Shown here one piece after another: positions 49,303 through 61,278 of a stretch of DNA of 64,000 nucleotides (positions within the stretch are counted from its first letter, which is position 1; each line of letters starts with the position of its first letter). Source of the stretch: Heterodontus francisci (taxonomy: Eukaryota); the NCBI RefSeq assembly GCF_036365525.1, contig NC_090383.1, forward strand, positions 27,199,914-27,263,913. Direction: 5' to 3'. The translations under genes and the position numbers were made by a program. The notes beneath the pieces are model-generated. The model ran no database searches, had not been told where the DNA came from, and was given only the letters and a program-made list of their open reading frames with translations.

Positions 49303-50576
49303 AAGCTACTAAGTATCATCACCTCATTCCATGACAATATGAAAGGCACAATTCAACATGGTGGCTCCTCATCAGACCCCTTTCCTATCCTGAGTGGTGT
49401 GAAACAGGGCTGTGTTCTCGCACCCACACTTTTTGGGATTTTCTTCTCCCTGCTGCTTTCACATGCATTCAAGTCCTCTGAAGAAGGAATTTTCCTCCAC
49501 ACAAGATCAGGGGGCAGGTTGTTCAACCTTGCCCGTCTAAGAGCGAAGTCCAAAGTACGGAAAGTCCTCATCAGGGAACTCCTCTTTGCTGACGATGCTG
49601 CTTTAACATCTCTCACTGAAGAGTGCCTGCAGAGTCTCATCGACAGGTTTGCGTCTGCCTGCAATGAATTTGGCCTAACCATCAGCCTCAAGAAAACGAA
49701 CATCATGGGGCAGGACGTCAGAAATGCTCCATCCATCAATATTGGCGACCACGCTCTGGAAGTGGTTCAAGAGTTCACCTACCTAGGCTCAACTATCACC
49801 AGTAACCTGTCTCTAGATGCAGAAATCAACAAGCACATGGGAAAGGCTTCCACTGCTATGTCCAGACTGGCCAAGAGAGTGTGGGAAAATGGCGCACTGA
49901 CACGGAACATAAAAGTCCGAGTGTATCAGGCCTGTGTCCTCAGTACCTTGCTGTATGGCAGCGAGGCCTGGACCACGTATGTCAGCCAAGAGCGACGTCT
50001 CAATTCATTCCATCTGCGCTGCCTCCGGAGAATACTTGGCATCAGGTGGCAGGACCGTATCTCCAACACAGAAGTCCTCGAGGCGGCCAACATCCCCAGC
50101 TATTACACACTACTGAGTCAGTGGCGCTTGAGATGGCTTGGCCATGTGAGCTGCATGGAAGATGGCAGGATCCCCAAAGACACATTGTACAGCGAGCTCG
50201 CCACTGGTATCAGACCCATCGGCCGTCCATGTCTCCGCTTTAAAGACGTCTGCAAACGCGACATGAAATCCTGTGACATTGATCACAAGTCGTGGGAGTC
50301 AGTTGCCAGCGTTCGCCAGAGCTGGCGGGCAGCCATAAAGACGGGGCTAAAGTGTGGCGAGTCGAAGAGACTCAGTAGTTGGCAGGAAAAAAGACAGAGG
50401 CGCAAGGGGAGAGCCAACTGTGTAACAGCCCCGACAAACAAATTTCTCTGCAGCACCTGTGGAAGAGCCTGTCACTCTAGAATTGGCCTTTATTGCCACT
50501 CCAGGCGCTGCTTCACAAACCACTGACCACCTCCAGGCGCTTATCCATTGTCATTCGAGATAAGGAGGCCAAAGAA
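49303..50576 (+). mobile_element. Young RTE-clade LINE, 5'-truncated, uninterrupted RT-to-C-terminus frame
   Basis: About 400-aa open frame GVKQGCVLAPTLF...LLFADDAAL...YLGS...LYGSEAW...HSRRC; candidate TSD ATATTAC on both sides. Confidence 0.95.
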
Positions 50577-51389
50577 TATTACCTTATGCTATGCAATCTG
50601 GTGTTGCAGTAGAATTTTGGTAAAGTCGGTTTCACATGATGTGTGAATGAATCTCACAATGTTAATTTTGTCCAAACGGTGTCCAGTTCTGGGTGCCACA
50701 CTTTTGGAAGGATATCAAGGCCTTGAAGAGGGTGCAGAGGAGATTTGCCAGAATGGTACCAGTGGTTAGGGACCAGTTATGTGAAGAAACTTGAGAAGCT
50801 GGGATTGTTCTCCTTGGAGCAGAGATGGTTAAGGGAAGTTTTAATAGTGGTGTTCAAATTTACAAAGTGTTTTGACAGAATAGATGGGGGGAAACTTTCT
50901 CTGCCAAAAGGGTCGGTAACCAGAGGACACAAATTTAAGATTGTCAAAGGAAGCAGAGGGCAAGTAAAGAAATTTTTTTAATGCAGCAAGTTTTGGTCTG
51001 GAATGCACTGCCTGAAAGGGTGATGGAAGAAAATTCAGTAGTAACTTTCAAAAGGGAATTACTTGAAGAGTAAAGGGCTATGGGGCAAGGGAATGGTATT
51101 CTACGAGCCGGCACAGGTTCGATGAACCGAGTGGCCAGTTCTGTGCTGTATGATTTTATGATGTGTGAAAAATTCTCACTATGTTGACTGAGCAACATTT
51201 GTGCACCATGTTTTTAGATTTGGTCCTTTTGCGTTTTGAGATAATATTAGAGTGCTTAACACTATGGCCAAGTTTTGCAGCTTGCAGATGTGTCATTGGC
51301 AGGGAAGTGATGGGATCAGTTTAAGGCAATAAATTCAGAGTACCAGATTTCAGAAAAAAATTGCAATAATAAACCATACTGGCTGGAAT

Positions 51390-51630
51390 TTTTTAAAATT
51401 CATTTATGGGGATGTGGGCGTCGCTGGCTAGGCCAGCATTTATTGCCCATCCCTAATTGCCCATGAGAAGGTGGTGGTGCGATGCCCTCTTGAACCACTG
51501 CAGTCCATGTGGGTTAGGTACACCCACAGTACTGTTATGAAGAGAGTTTCAGGATGTTGACCCAGCAACAGTGAAGGAACGGTGATATAGTTCCAAGTCA
51601 AGATGGCGTGTGGCTTGGAGGGGAACTTGG
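51390..51630 (-). mobile_element. 3' tail fragment of the tRNA-headed CR1-group LINE family
   Basis: Reverse complement of about 5265-5500. Confidence 0.85.
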
Positions 51631-52219
51631 CTGGGGAAAGTGTTTGTGGAATGTACCACTGAGGTGTTTAAAACATTAAAGCAATTCGATAGTTAAAGGT
51701 ATCAAGAGATTTTGATCTAAGTTTGGTAAATGGAGTTGAGGTACAGATCAGCCTCAAGAGGCTCAGTGGCATGTTCCTGTTCCTCTGAATATTTATGCTT
51801 GCATATGCTGCCTGGCTGTTGGAATTTTGGTGTTGAAAGACCCCCAGAGGCACCAACAAATAAAAAAAAAATACCAGGTTTTGTTTTGAACTGATCTGAG
51901 TGATGGCCAATCACTTGTCTTAAGTATGGTCACAAGTCAGGCATGAAATGTACTTGTGAAGTTGACCATAGCAGAAGATGGGAAGAAGCAGTTTGGAAAG
52001 GTGTGCAATATGTGGCATTAAGTATAAGATGTCTCAACAGCTTTACTTGTGGAGTTTGATATATTGGATCTTATCAGGACATATCCTATACATCGTGTAA
52101 AGCATCAACTTGAAATATTTTGTTACCTCGCGAAAGTGGTTTTTTTCAGTTTTGATATAAATCAGATCCTTTCTTTCCCTCTTTCAACTTCTCTGCACTG
52201 TTTCCCCCTCTATCTCCAG

Positions 52220-52341
52220 CTCAGTTGAGGGGAGAGCATCCCAGTTACTTGCGGGGCGATAATTTCTTCCGATTCAGTTGTTCAGACTGTGCAGAAGACG
52301 GGAAGGAGCACTTTGAGAGACTGAAGCTCACATGGCAACAA
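52220..52341 (+). CDS. KAT14: KAT14 coding exon 2
   Basis: Acceptor ccctctatctccag; encodes (T)QLRGEHPSYLRGDNFFRFSCSDCAEDGKEHFERLKLTWQQ; donor CAA|GTACGT; phases consistent. Confidence 0.94.
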
Positions 52342-54214
52342 GTACGTATGATCATCGAAAATATGCTCTGAATTTTATATACAAGTACAAAATATACCCA
52401 TGTCCACCAGTTTTATCGATTAAAATTACCTGTTGTTTTGCATGTTTAGGACCAAAACCTGTGTTCTGTTCCCATATCTTTTGTCTGATGTTCTACGTTA
52501 GTTGTGATTGCATTAGATTATTATTTGTGAATCCTGTGTACCATGATGTCGGCTCCTCCTAATATGGGTTGCCTCCCTTCGCCAGTTGGACTTGGTGTTT
52601 TGTGCATCTCGGGGCTTCCGTTCGCAGCCTGGCTAACCGAGAAGATGTTGCCTGAGCCGGGCTCACTACTGCTTCTTCAGAAAAAGGTGGCAAAGAAGTG
52701 CTAGTAAAACGGTCAGAATAGCTTAGAGGGTTAAATGGTGAAGACAGGTTCCATAAACTTGGCTTGTATTCCCTTGAGTGCAAAGCTTGAGGGATGATCT
52801 AATCGAGGTGTGTAAATAAAGGCATTCGATTGGGCAGATAGAGAAACTATTTCGTCTGGTAGGGGAATCAAGAATCTTAAAATTAGAGCTAGGCCATTCA
52901 GGAGGAAAATCAGGAAGCACGTTTTCACCCACAAAGTGGATTCTGGGACAGTTCAAGCTTTCAAGACTCGGATTGATAGATTTTTGGTAAGGGTATCAAA
53001 GAATATGGACGTAATATGATTAAACAGAGTTGAGATGCAGATCAGGTCTTATTTCTTTGTTTAATGAAAATCTATTTTTTAAATGGACAGAATACTGACA
53101 TTTGTGAAATTGTACCATGATGGTACGGCACCCTCGAACCCAAAGAATGATATCACAGAGTGACAGTAGCATCCCTTCACCAACTGTGGGGGTGGGAGGT
53201 CGGTGGTGTAAAACAATCATGGGCTGTTTTCTCACTGTGCCTAAGGATTCAGAGTGCATTGACGGAGATGAGAGAACAGATTGTGGTGTGGGTCCATGCC
53301 CACAAAGAACTGGGATTGAGACTGTCCCATCCAGATTCATAATGTTTGCAGCATTCATTTTCATTTCCATGTGCTGAATTTAAACCCAGGGTCTTGGAGG
53401 TGAACAACCAGAATTTGACCAGGGTACCTCTAAGCATTTCATTATTTAACAAAAAAACTCATTCAGTATTGAGAGAAGGAACAGAGAAACTGTTATCTTA
53501 GCATTCTTGGAGTCAGATAGGTAGCTGATCTTCAATTTTGTAAATGAGATATTACCTAAATTTATTTGCTAAGTGGACCTTCATGCCTGTTTGTGATGTT
53601 CTCAATGTACAGGTTTCTACAGCTGCTTAAAAAAGTTAATTGTCCCTGTGCATCATTTCTGTCCTCCTCAAATGATGACTTCTCCTCCCACATTCACCTT
53701 TTAGTGAATTTAATTTGACGATATCTTTCAAATCTTTGCAGAAGATGGCATAGATTGTGATCTCAGTCAAGCTTGTGATTCAGCAAAGCAAGTGCAGGAG
53801 AAATAGTTCCTCAATTTGAGAAGTAGCCTTGGCACTAGCAGGTATTTAGCCCTGGTTTTAAGTTTTAACCTTGCCTTTATACCCCACTCCAGAGATTTGA
53901 GCACATAATCTAGCCTGTCACTCCAGTGCAGTGCTGAGGGAGTACTGCACTGTTGGAGGTGCCATTTTTTTGGATGAAACTTTATACTGAGACCCCCAAC
54001 GGTCCTCACAAACAGATGTAAAAGATCCCATAGCACTATTTCCAAGAACAGCAGGGGAGTTCTCCCCAGTGTCCTGGAAAATATTTATCCCTCAACCAAC
54101 ATTAGTAGGACAAATGATCTGGTCGTTATCACATTGCTTTGTGGGAGCTTGCCGTTCACAAATTGACGTCCACATTTCCTACATTACAGCAGTGTCTGCA
54201 TTTCAAAATTACAG

Positions 54215-56790
54215 CTTTGTTTAGTTGTGGAGAAGGACAAGGAGCAATCTAGGATAAAGATACCAAACTGGGGACAGGCTAATTTCAGCGAATTGAGGAG
54301 GAATCTAGTCCAGGTAAATTGGAGTCAAAGACTGGCAGGCAGAAATATAGTGGAGCAATGGTTGTCCTTTAAAGAGGAGATAGTTCAAGTTACGGTCCAG
54401 ATTCCCACAAGGGGAAAGGGAGGGCAACTAAAGCCAAAGCTCCCTGGGTGACAAAGGAGTTAGAGAATAGGATGAAGCAGAGAAAGAGGGTGTATGACAG
54501 CTTGATAATACAATGGAGAATCATGCTGAATATATGAAGTACAGAGGAGAAGCAAGAAAGGAAATAAGGGCAAAGAGACAGTATGAGAACAGATTGGTGA
54601 CTAAGTAAGAGTATCTCAAGGTCTTCAGTAAATACATTAACAGTAAAAAGGTTGTCAGAGGAGCAGTGGGGCTGATTAGGGATCAAACTGGAGAGCTATT
54701 GGTGGAAGCAGAAGATGTAGCTGAGGTACTAAATAAGTACTTTGTCTCTGTTTACCAAGGAAGAGGATTTTGTTAAAGCTATGGTAAATGAGAAAATTGC
54801 TGGGATACTAGATAAGATTTTTTTTAAAAATGAAGAGTTACTAGAAAGATTGGCAGTACCTACGGTGGATATGTAAGCCGGTCCAGATGGGATGCATCTT
54901 AAGTTGCTGAGGGAAGTAAGGGTAGAAATTGCAGAGGTCCTGGTCACATTGTTTATATCCTCCTTAGCTTCATGGATGGTAATAATGAACTGAAGGTTTG
55001 CAAATATTAAACCCTTGTTCAAAAAAAGCAGAAAAGGATAAACCTGGCAATCACAGGCTAGTCAGTTTAACATCAGTTGTGGGAAAGCTTTTAGAAACCA
55101 TAATCTGGAGAAAATTAACAACCACTTGGACAAGCATGGACTAATAAAGGAGAGCCAGCATGGACTTGTTAAGGGAAAATCATACTTGACTAACTTGATT
55201 GGGTTTTTTGATGAGGGCAGTGCAGTTGATGATGTATATATGGACTTTCAATAGGTATTTGATATAGTACCACATATTAGACTTGTTAGCAATACTTGCA
55301 TTAGCAGAAAAGGATAAACCTGGCATTAAAAACAGGCCAGTCAGTTTAACATCAGTTGTGGGAAAGCTTTTAGAAATCATAATCTGGAGAAAACTAACAG
55401 CCACTTGGACAAGCATGGACTAATAAAGGAGAGCCAGCATGGACTTGTTAAGGGAAAATCATACTTGACTAACTTGATTGGGTTTTTTGATGAGGGCAGT
55501 GCAGTTGATAATGTATATATGGACTTTAAATAGGTGTTTGATATAGTACCACATATTAGGTTTGTTAGCAATATTTGCATTTATATAACACCCTACCCGA
55601 CCACTGGACATCCCAAAGCACTTTACAGCCAATGAAGTGCCTTTTGAAGTATTGTCACTGTTGGAACGTAGGCAACGCGGCAGCCAATTTGTGCACAGCA
55701 AGCTCTTACAAACAGCAATGTGATAATGACCAAATAATCTGTTTTTGTGATGTTGTTTGAGCTATAAATATTGGCCAGGACATTGTCTCGCCTTCGAAAT
55801 AGTGCCATGAGATCTTTTACGTCCACCTAAATGGGCAGACAGGCCCTCGGTTTAACGTTTTATCCAAAAGACAGCACTTCTGACAGAGCAACACTCCCTC
55901 AGTGCTACATTTGAGTGTCAGTCTAAAAAATATAAAACGTGATTCCCATAAAAGGGATGTGGATACAAAATTGGCAGGAGGTATACAGTGGAGTTCCCCA
56001 AACTTTAGAATTAAGACCATCGTTGGTTTTGATACATATTAATGACTTGGGTCTACAGGACAAAACTTCAAAATTTGCAGATGATGAAACTTAGAAGTGT
56101 GGTAAACATGAAGCTAGTATTAGACTTCAAAAGGACATAGATGGTGGAATAGCTGGACTCATAGCAGATGAAATTGAACACATAAAAGTGCGAGGTGATA
56201 CATTTTGGGAAGAAGAATGAGGAGAGACAATCCATGCTAAATGCTGCACGCTTAAAGGTGGTGCAATAAGAGTGAGACTTGGGGGTGTTCGTGGGCAAAT
56301 CTTTAAAGGTGGCAGGAAAGGTTAACAAAGCAGTTAATAAATCGTATGGGAGCCTGGGCTTTATAAGTAGAAGCATAGAGTCCCAGAGCTAGGAAGTTAT
56401 GCTGAACATATATAAAATACAAGTTCAGCCTCAGATGCAATATTGCATCCAATTCTGGGCACTACATTTTAGGAGGGACATGAAGACTTTGAAGAAGACA
56501 TTTGCTAGAATGTTTCCAGGGATAAGGGATTGCAGTTATGTTGATGACTGGAGAAATTGGAGTTGTTTTCCTTAGAGGAAAGAAGGCTAAGAGGAGATTT
56601 AAGAGAGGTGTTTAAAATCGTGAAGGGTTTGGAGTAAATAAAGAGAAACTGTTTACACGGCTGCAGTGTCAATGACCAGAGGGCACACATTTAAGATGAT
56701 TGGTAGAAGAATCAGACACGACATGTAGAAAAATAAATTTACTTAAAAAGTAGTTAGTATTTAGAATGCATTATCTGATAGAGTGGTGGA
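54215..56790 (+). mobile_element. CR1 ORF2 relic with internal tandem duplication and nested Deu-SINE
   Basis: Decayed CR1 motifs throughout; duplicated units at 55027-55302 and 55303-55581. Confidence 0.8.
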
Positions 56791-56984
56791 TATGGAATTA
56801 TAGAATGGTACAACACTGAAAGAGGCCATTCAGTCCATCGAGTCTCTGCCAGCTCTTTGAGCGTAATTCAATTAGTCCCACTTCCCCACTCTTTCTCCAT
56901 TTCTCTTCAATTTTTTTTCCTTCAACTGTTTATCCAGTTCCCCTTTGAAGGCTAGCGTTGAATCTGTATTCACCACAACTCTCT

Positions 56985-57725
56985 GTTGTCTGACCCTTGG
57001 CCAGTTTTGTTTGCATGCCACTGCTGCAACTTTTATCCCAGGGGCTTCAATTTTGCTAAGAAACCTAATATGTATATGAAAGTCCATATACATAACACCA
57101 ACTGCACTGTCCTCATCCACACTCTGTTGCCTCATCAAAAAACTCAAATCAAGTTAGTCAAACACAATTTGCCTTTAACCATTCCAAGCTGGCTCTTTTT
57201 CATTAGTCAAAGCTTATCCAAGTGGCTGTTAATTTTCTCCAGATTATTGCTTCTAAAAGCTTCCCCTGACATTAACCTGACTGGCCTGTGATTGTCAGGT
57301 TTATCCTTTTCCCCTTTTTTTTTTGACGAAGAGTTTAACATTTTCAATCCTCGAGTCCTTTGGCACTACCTCTATCTAAGGAGGTTTGGAAGATTGTGAT
57401 CAGCGTCCCTGCAATTTCTACCCTTACTTCCTTCAGCTACCTAGGATACATCCCATCTGAATTGGGTGATTTATCTACTTTAAATACTACCAGCCTTTCT
57501 AGTACCTCTTTATTTTTAGCTCATCCAGTATCCCTGCAACCTCCTCATTTACCATAGTTTTGACAAAGTCCTCTTCCTTAGTAAACATAGGTGCAAAGTA
57601 CTCACTTAGTATCTCAGTCACATCTTCTGACTCCCAACAGCAGAACTCCAGTTTGGTTCTTAATTGACCCCACTGCTCTTCTGATAACCCTTTTATTGTT
57701 AATGTGTCAAAGAAGACCTTTGGAT
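56985..57725 (-). mobile_element. CR1 ORF2 relic, inverted relative to 54640-55300
   Basis: VMYMDFH and EILSEYFAPMFTKEE motifs on the minus strand. Confidence 0.75.
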
Positions 57726-58006
57726 TCAATAGCAGCCCTCAAAAGGGAATTGAATAAATACTTGAAGGAGAAAAAAGTGTAAGGTTATGGGGGAAGGGGA
57801 ATGAGACTAACTTCCAAAGAGCCTGTGCAGGCTCAATGGACTGAACGGCCTCCTTCTGCGCTGCACTATTCTGTGATTTACTGTAAAATACTTTGGGACG
57901 TCCTGAGGTCGTGAAAAGTGCTATATTAATGCAAGCGTTTCTTTTTCTCATAAGCTCCTGTGTGGTGTAAAGTTTGATTTAAGCCCATGCTTGCTTTCTT
58001 TCTCAG

Positions 58007-58128
58007 GTTGTGATGTTGGCCTTGTACAATTTGCCGTTGGAAGGAACTGGTCGCCAAGGCTATTTCCGCTGGAAGGAAGATATTTGTGCTTTTATTGACA
58101 AACACTGGGCCTTCTTATTTGGAAACAG
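58007..58128 (+). CDS. KAT14: KAT14 coding exon 3
   Basis: Acceptor ctttctttctcag; encodes VVMLALYNLPLEGTGRQGYFRWKEDICAFIDKHWAFLFGN(R); donor CAG|GTAAAA. Confidence 0.95.
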
Positions 58129-61096
58129 GTAAAATACGAGCACCACAAAGGTGTGGATTCAGCCCGAAGAAGACTTTGCCTGAAAAATTGTAATTCTCAT
58201 GCGGTGTTGTGATAATTGAGTTGATTACAGTGTTGGTCCATTTTTCTCTAGTGTACTCATTGTTTTATGAAGCAGTATAATTGTGCTCACTGAATATTTC
58301 CAACACAAAAATGCAGTGTCCAAACAACGCAGTAGTGGAGGACTGCGGCAATTCAAAACAATGCTATAAGTAGCCATTTGTATGTCTTTAATTTGCCATT
58401 TAGGCACCCATCAAATAATGCCTGTTGCTGTGTTCTTCGTTCTTTGTCAAACGTTGGTCATTTCGGCACCGCTGTAAATTTCATATGCTACTCAGCAAGG
58501 CATGAACATGAGAACTGGATATAAAAAAATAGATGATGAAATAGTAGGTTTTGTGAGAATTGTTCCTGGGAAATTACAGTGAGTCATGTTCCTTGGGTCA
58601 AATATCTGGCGCTTGCTGCTTCCATTCCAGTTCTGCAGTCTTTTTCTTATTCCTGTTTTCTATTCAGAACCCACACCTGTTCAGACAGCTCAACAGTTTC
58701 CCCCTCTGTGTAATATATAGGTCTTCTGACACTGCAGCAGCAGCAGTCAGGGAGGATAATATTCGGAGGTTTCTCCTTTTATCCACACAAAATGATTGCA
58801 TTTCTTTTAAAGCTGGCTGCTCATTAGCAAAGTACCATGGCAAACCTGATAGCAAATTCTGCACAAAGCTGCAAAAAGAAGTAAAGAATTTCTCCTCAAG
58901 AATCACAATAATTTTTTTAATTGTTAGAAAGTACAGTCACTTTATCTCGTGATTTTTCTAAACAAGAGTGAAATCTTCCATGGCTCACTGGAAGTCGGAA
59001 CATGGCATCTCTCTCACCTGTGAGTTTGAACTCGGGTTCCAGTGAGGTTTTTGGATGGGAGGAGCAGTAGCCAGGGCACAAAGTATCTCATGCCCTCCTC
59101 CTTTGCACCACAGCTGATATTGCATCCTGTCAATCTGCACCTGCATGTCCTACATGCTACCCAGCCCCTTGTGCTATTATGCCCCTCCTCCATCACTCCT
59201 GTTTCCTATGCCATGCTTGCTACTCAACCTGCTGTTCTTTCTGCTATACTGCTAGCCTCATCACTTTCTTTTACCACACCCCGACACCTTCCTGTTTGCA
59301 CCAGCCTTGAACTTTGGGTCATGGGGCTTTGCCTCCCTACCTCTTCCTGTTCCTATTTCTTCACCCTCCCACCACTATCTTGCTGCCATTGCCACTGCTT
59401 TGCAATCGTTGGCCACTTCCTGTATCCTTCCTGACGACTCATCCATTTCCAAATCATTCCCCATGTCACTTCCTTATCCTCCTGCTTATTGCCCTATCCC
59501 TGGTGTATTCCCCATCCCCTACTCTCTGCCTAATCCTCCCCCACTGTCCCTGCCTCATCATCCTTCCTATTTCACTTTGTATGATCTCAAGCCCCCAGGG
59601 GTGACCCCAAAGGATTCAAAAAGCAAACTTGCTTGTAACACTAAAAAGTTTATTGGTGGAGATTCATTTTTTTCAAAGTTATAGATAGATGAAAGCCACA
59701 GAGAGCAGGAGTGGCAGTTGGAGACCCATAATCAGGCAAAGAGGAGGCAGTAGGCCAGGTGGGAGACAGCTCCTGGAATCTCTCAGAAGAGGAAGCAACC
59801 AGGGCAGAGAAGCCAGACAAACCTAAACGAGAGAAAATTGTGACACCCAGGTGGGTAGTATGTGTGACAATTGGAAGTGCAGGCAGATATTGTAAGTATG
59901 TGACCCAACTGTCTAATTGAAGATTCTTCAAACTCATTAACACCCACCCAATGGCAGCTGAAATTTAATACAGACAAGTGTACTGTGCTTTATGTAAGGA
60001 GGAAGAATCTAAAGAGGATTGGAATGTTAAGTGAGTACTGATGCAGAAGATTCTTGGAAAATTTCAGGAATTATAGAATGTATGAAGCCTGAAGACTATG
60101 AAATTGTATTGAGTTCCCATTTAATAATGCAGTTTTTGATATTGTAACAAGAAGGTTAATTTATCTTTACTTTTTTCTCTTGCTCAGATATAAAGGATGT
60201 ATTGAGCATCTGATGGTGATTTTGTTTGAGACGATCAGTATGCTGATGAAAAACACTGGTTTTGTTGTGAATAGGATCCAATCTGGAGTATTTATTATCC
60301 AGTTTTAGTTATTGTTGTCACTTCTCACTATAGTCCCTTCTATTTTGGCAAAGGAAATCTCTGGAACTACCTGTCCTCCTGTTGCCCAGGTTTGAATGGT
60401 ATTGGTGGCCACCTTTGAAACATTCACAGCTTGGATGGCTATGGCTTTCTAATTGAAATAGAACACAGGAAATGGGGAGATGTTAGGAGGAAAATTGAAT
60501 AAGGAAGGCTAGAGAGAAAGGTGATTATTGTATGGTTGTAATATTTTGATAAAGTGTATATGTGCAGTGGTTGAGGGACATGAAGGTACAGTAATGTTAA
60601 CTACCAGTCACGGTGTCAGCAATGGCCCAGTGGTAGCACTCTCGCCTCTAAGCCAGAAGGTTTTGGGTTCAAGCCTCACTCCAGAGCATGTAATTCAAAC
60701 TGAGACTTCAGTGCATTACTGAGGGAGGGCGGTACCGTCTTTCCGATGAGACGTTAAATTGAGGTCACATCTGCCTCCTTCGAAGGAGGATGGTAAAGAT
60801 CCTGTGACCCTACTTAGAGAAAAAGTGTATTTATTTCCAGTGTCCTGGCCAATATTTATAACCGGCATCACTAAAACAGATGATCTAGACATTATCTCAC
60901 TGCTGTTTGTGGAACTTGCTGTAGTCAAATTGACTGTCACGCTCCCCAACATTATAACAGTGAATTCACTTCAAGAAAGTACTTGGTTAGCTGTAAAGTG
61001 CTTTGGGTTGTCCTGTGAACATGAAAGGTGCTATATGAATGCGACTCTTTCTTTCTTTCTTTCACTTTAGTCATATTTGTACTCATTGCGTTTTAG

Positions 61097-61278
61097 GAAA
61101 AAGACTTCAACCTGGTGGAGCACTGTGGCAGGCTGCCTCTCTGTGGGCAGTCCCATGTATTTTCGTTCGGGTGCTCAGCAGTTTGGCGAGCCAGGCTGGT
61201 GGAAGCTGGTCCACAATAAGCCTCCTGTCATGAGGCCAGAAGGGGAGAAGCCATCAAGCACCATGCTGAAGGCAAGAG
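61097..61278 (+). CDS. KAT14: KAT14 coding exon 4 (gene continues beyond the window)
   Basis: Acceptor gcgttttag; encodes KKTSTWWSTVAGCLSVGSPMYFRSGAQQFGEPGWWKLVHNKPPVMRPEGEKPSSTMLKAR; likely donor GAG|GTGGGC. Confidence 0.92.

Noticed and set aside
49288-50526. 412-aa ORF as a host gene
   Set aside because: It is a 5'-truncated RTE reverse transcriptase whose ATG comes from flanking intron sequence.
59040-59690. Overlapping Pro/Leu/Ser-rich ORFs
   Set aside because: Explained by pyrimidine-rich compositional bias; no recognisable domain.
61268-61278. Possible GC donor AAG|GCAAGA in KAT14 exon 4
   Set aside because: The GT donor at 61279 gives an exon whose length fits the remembered human protein alignment; it cannot be tested without the next exon.
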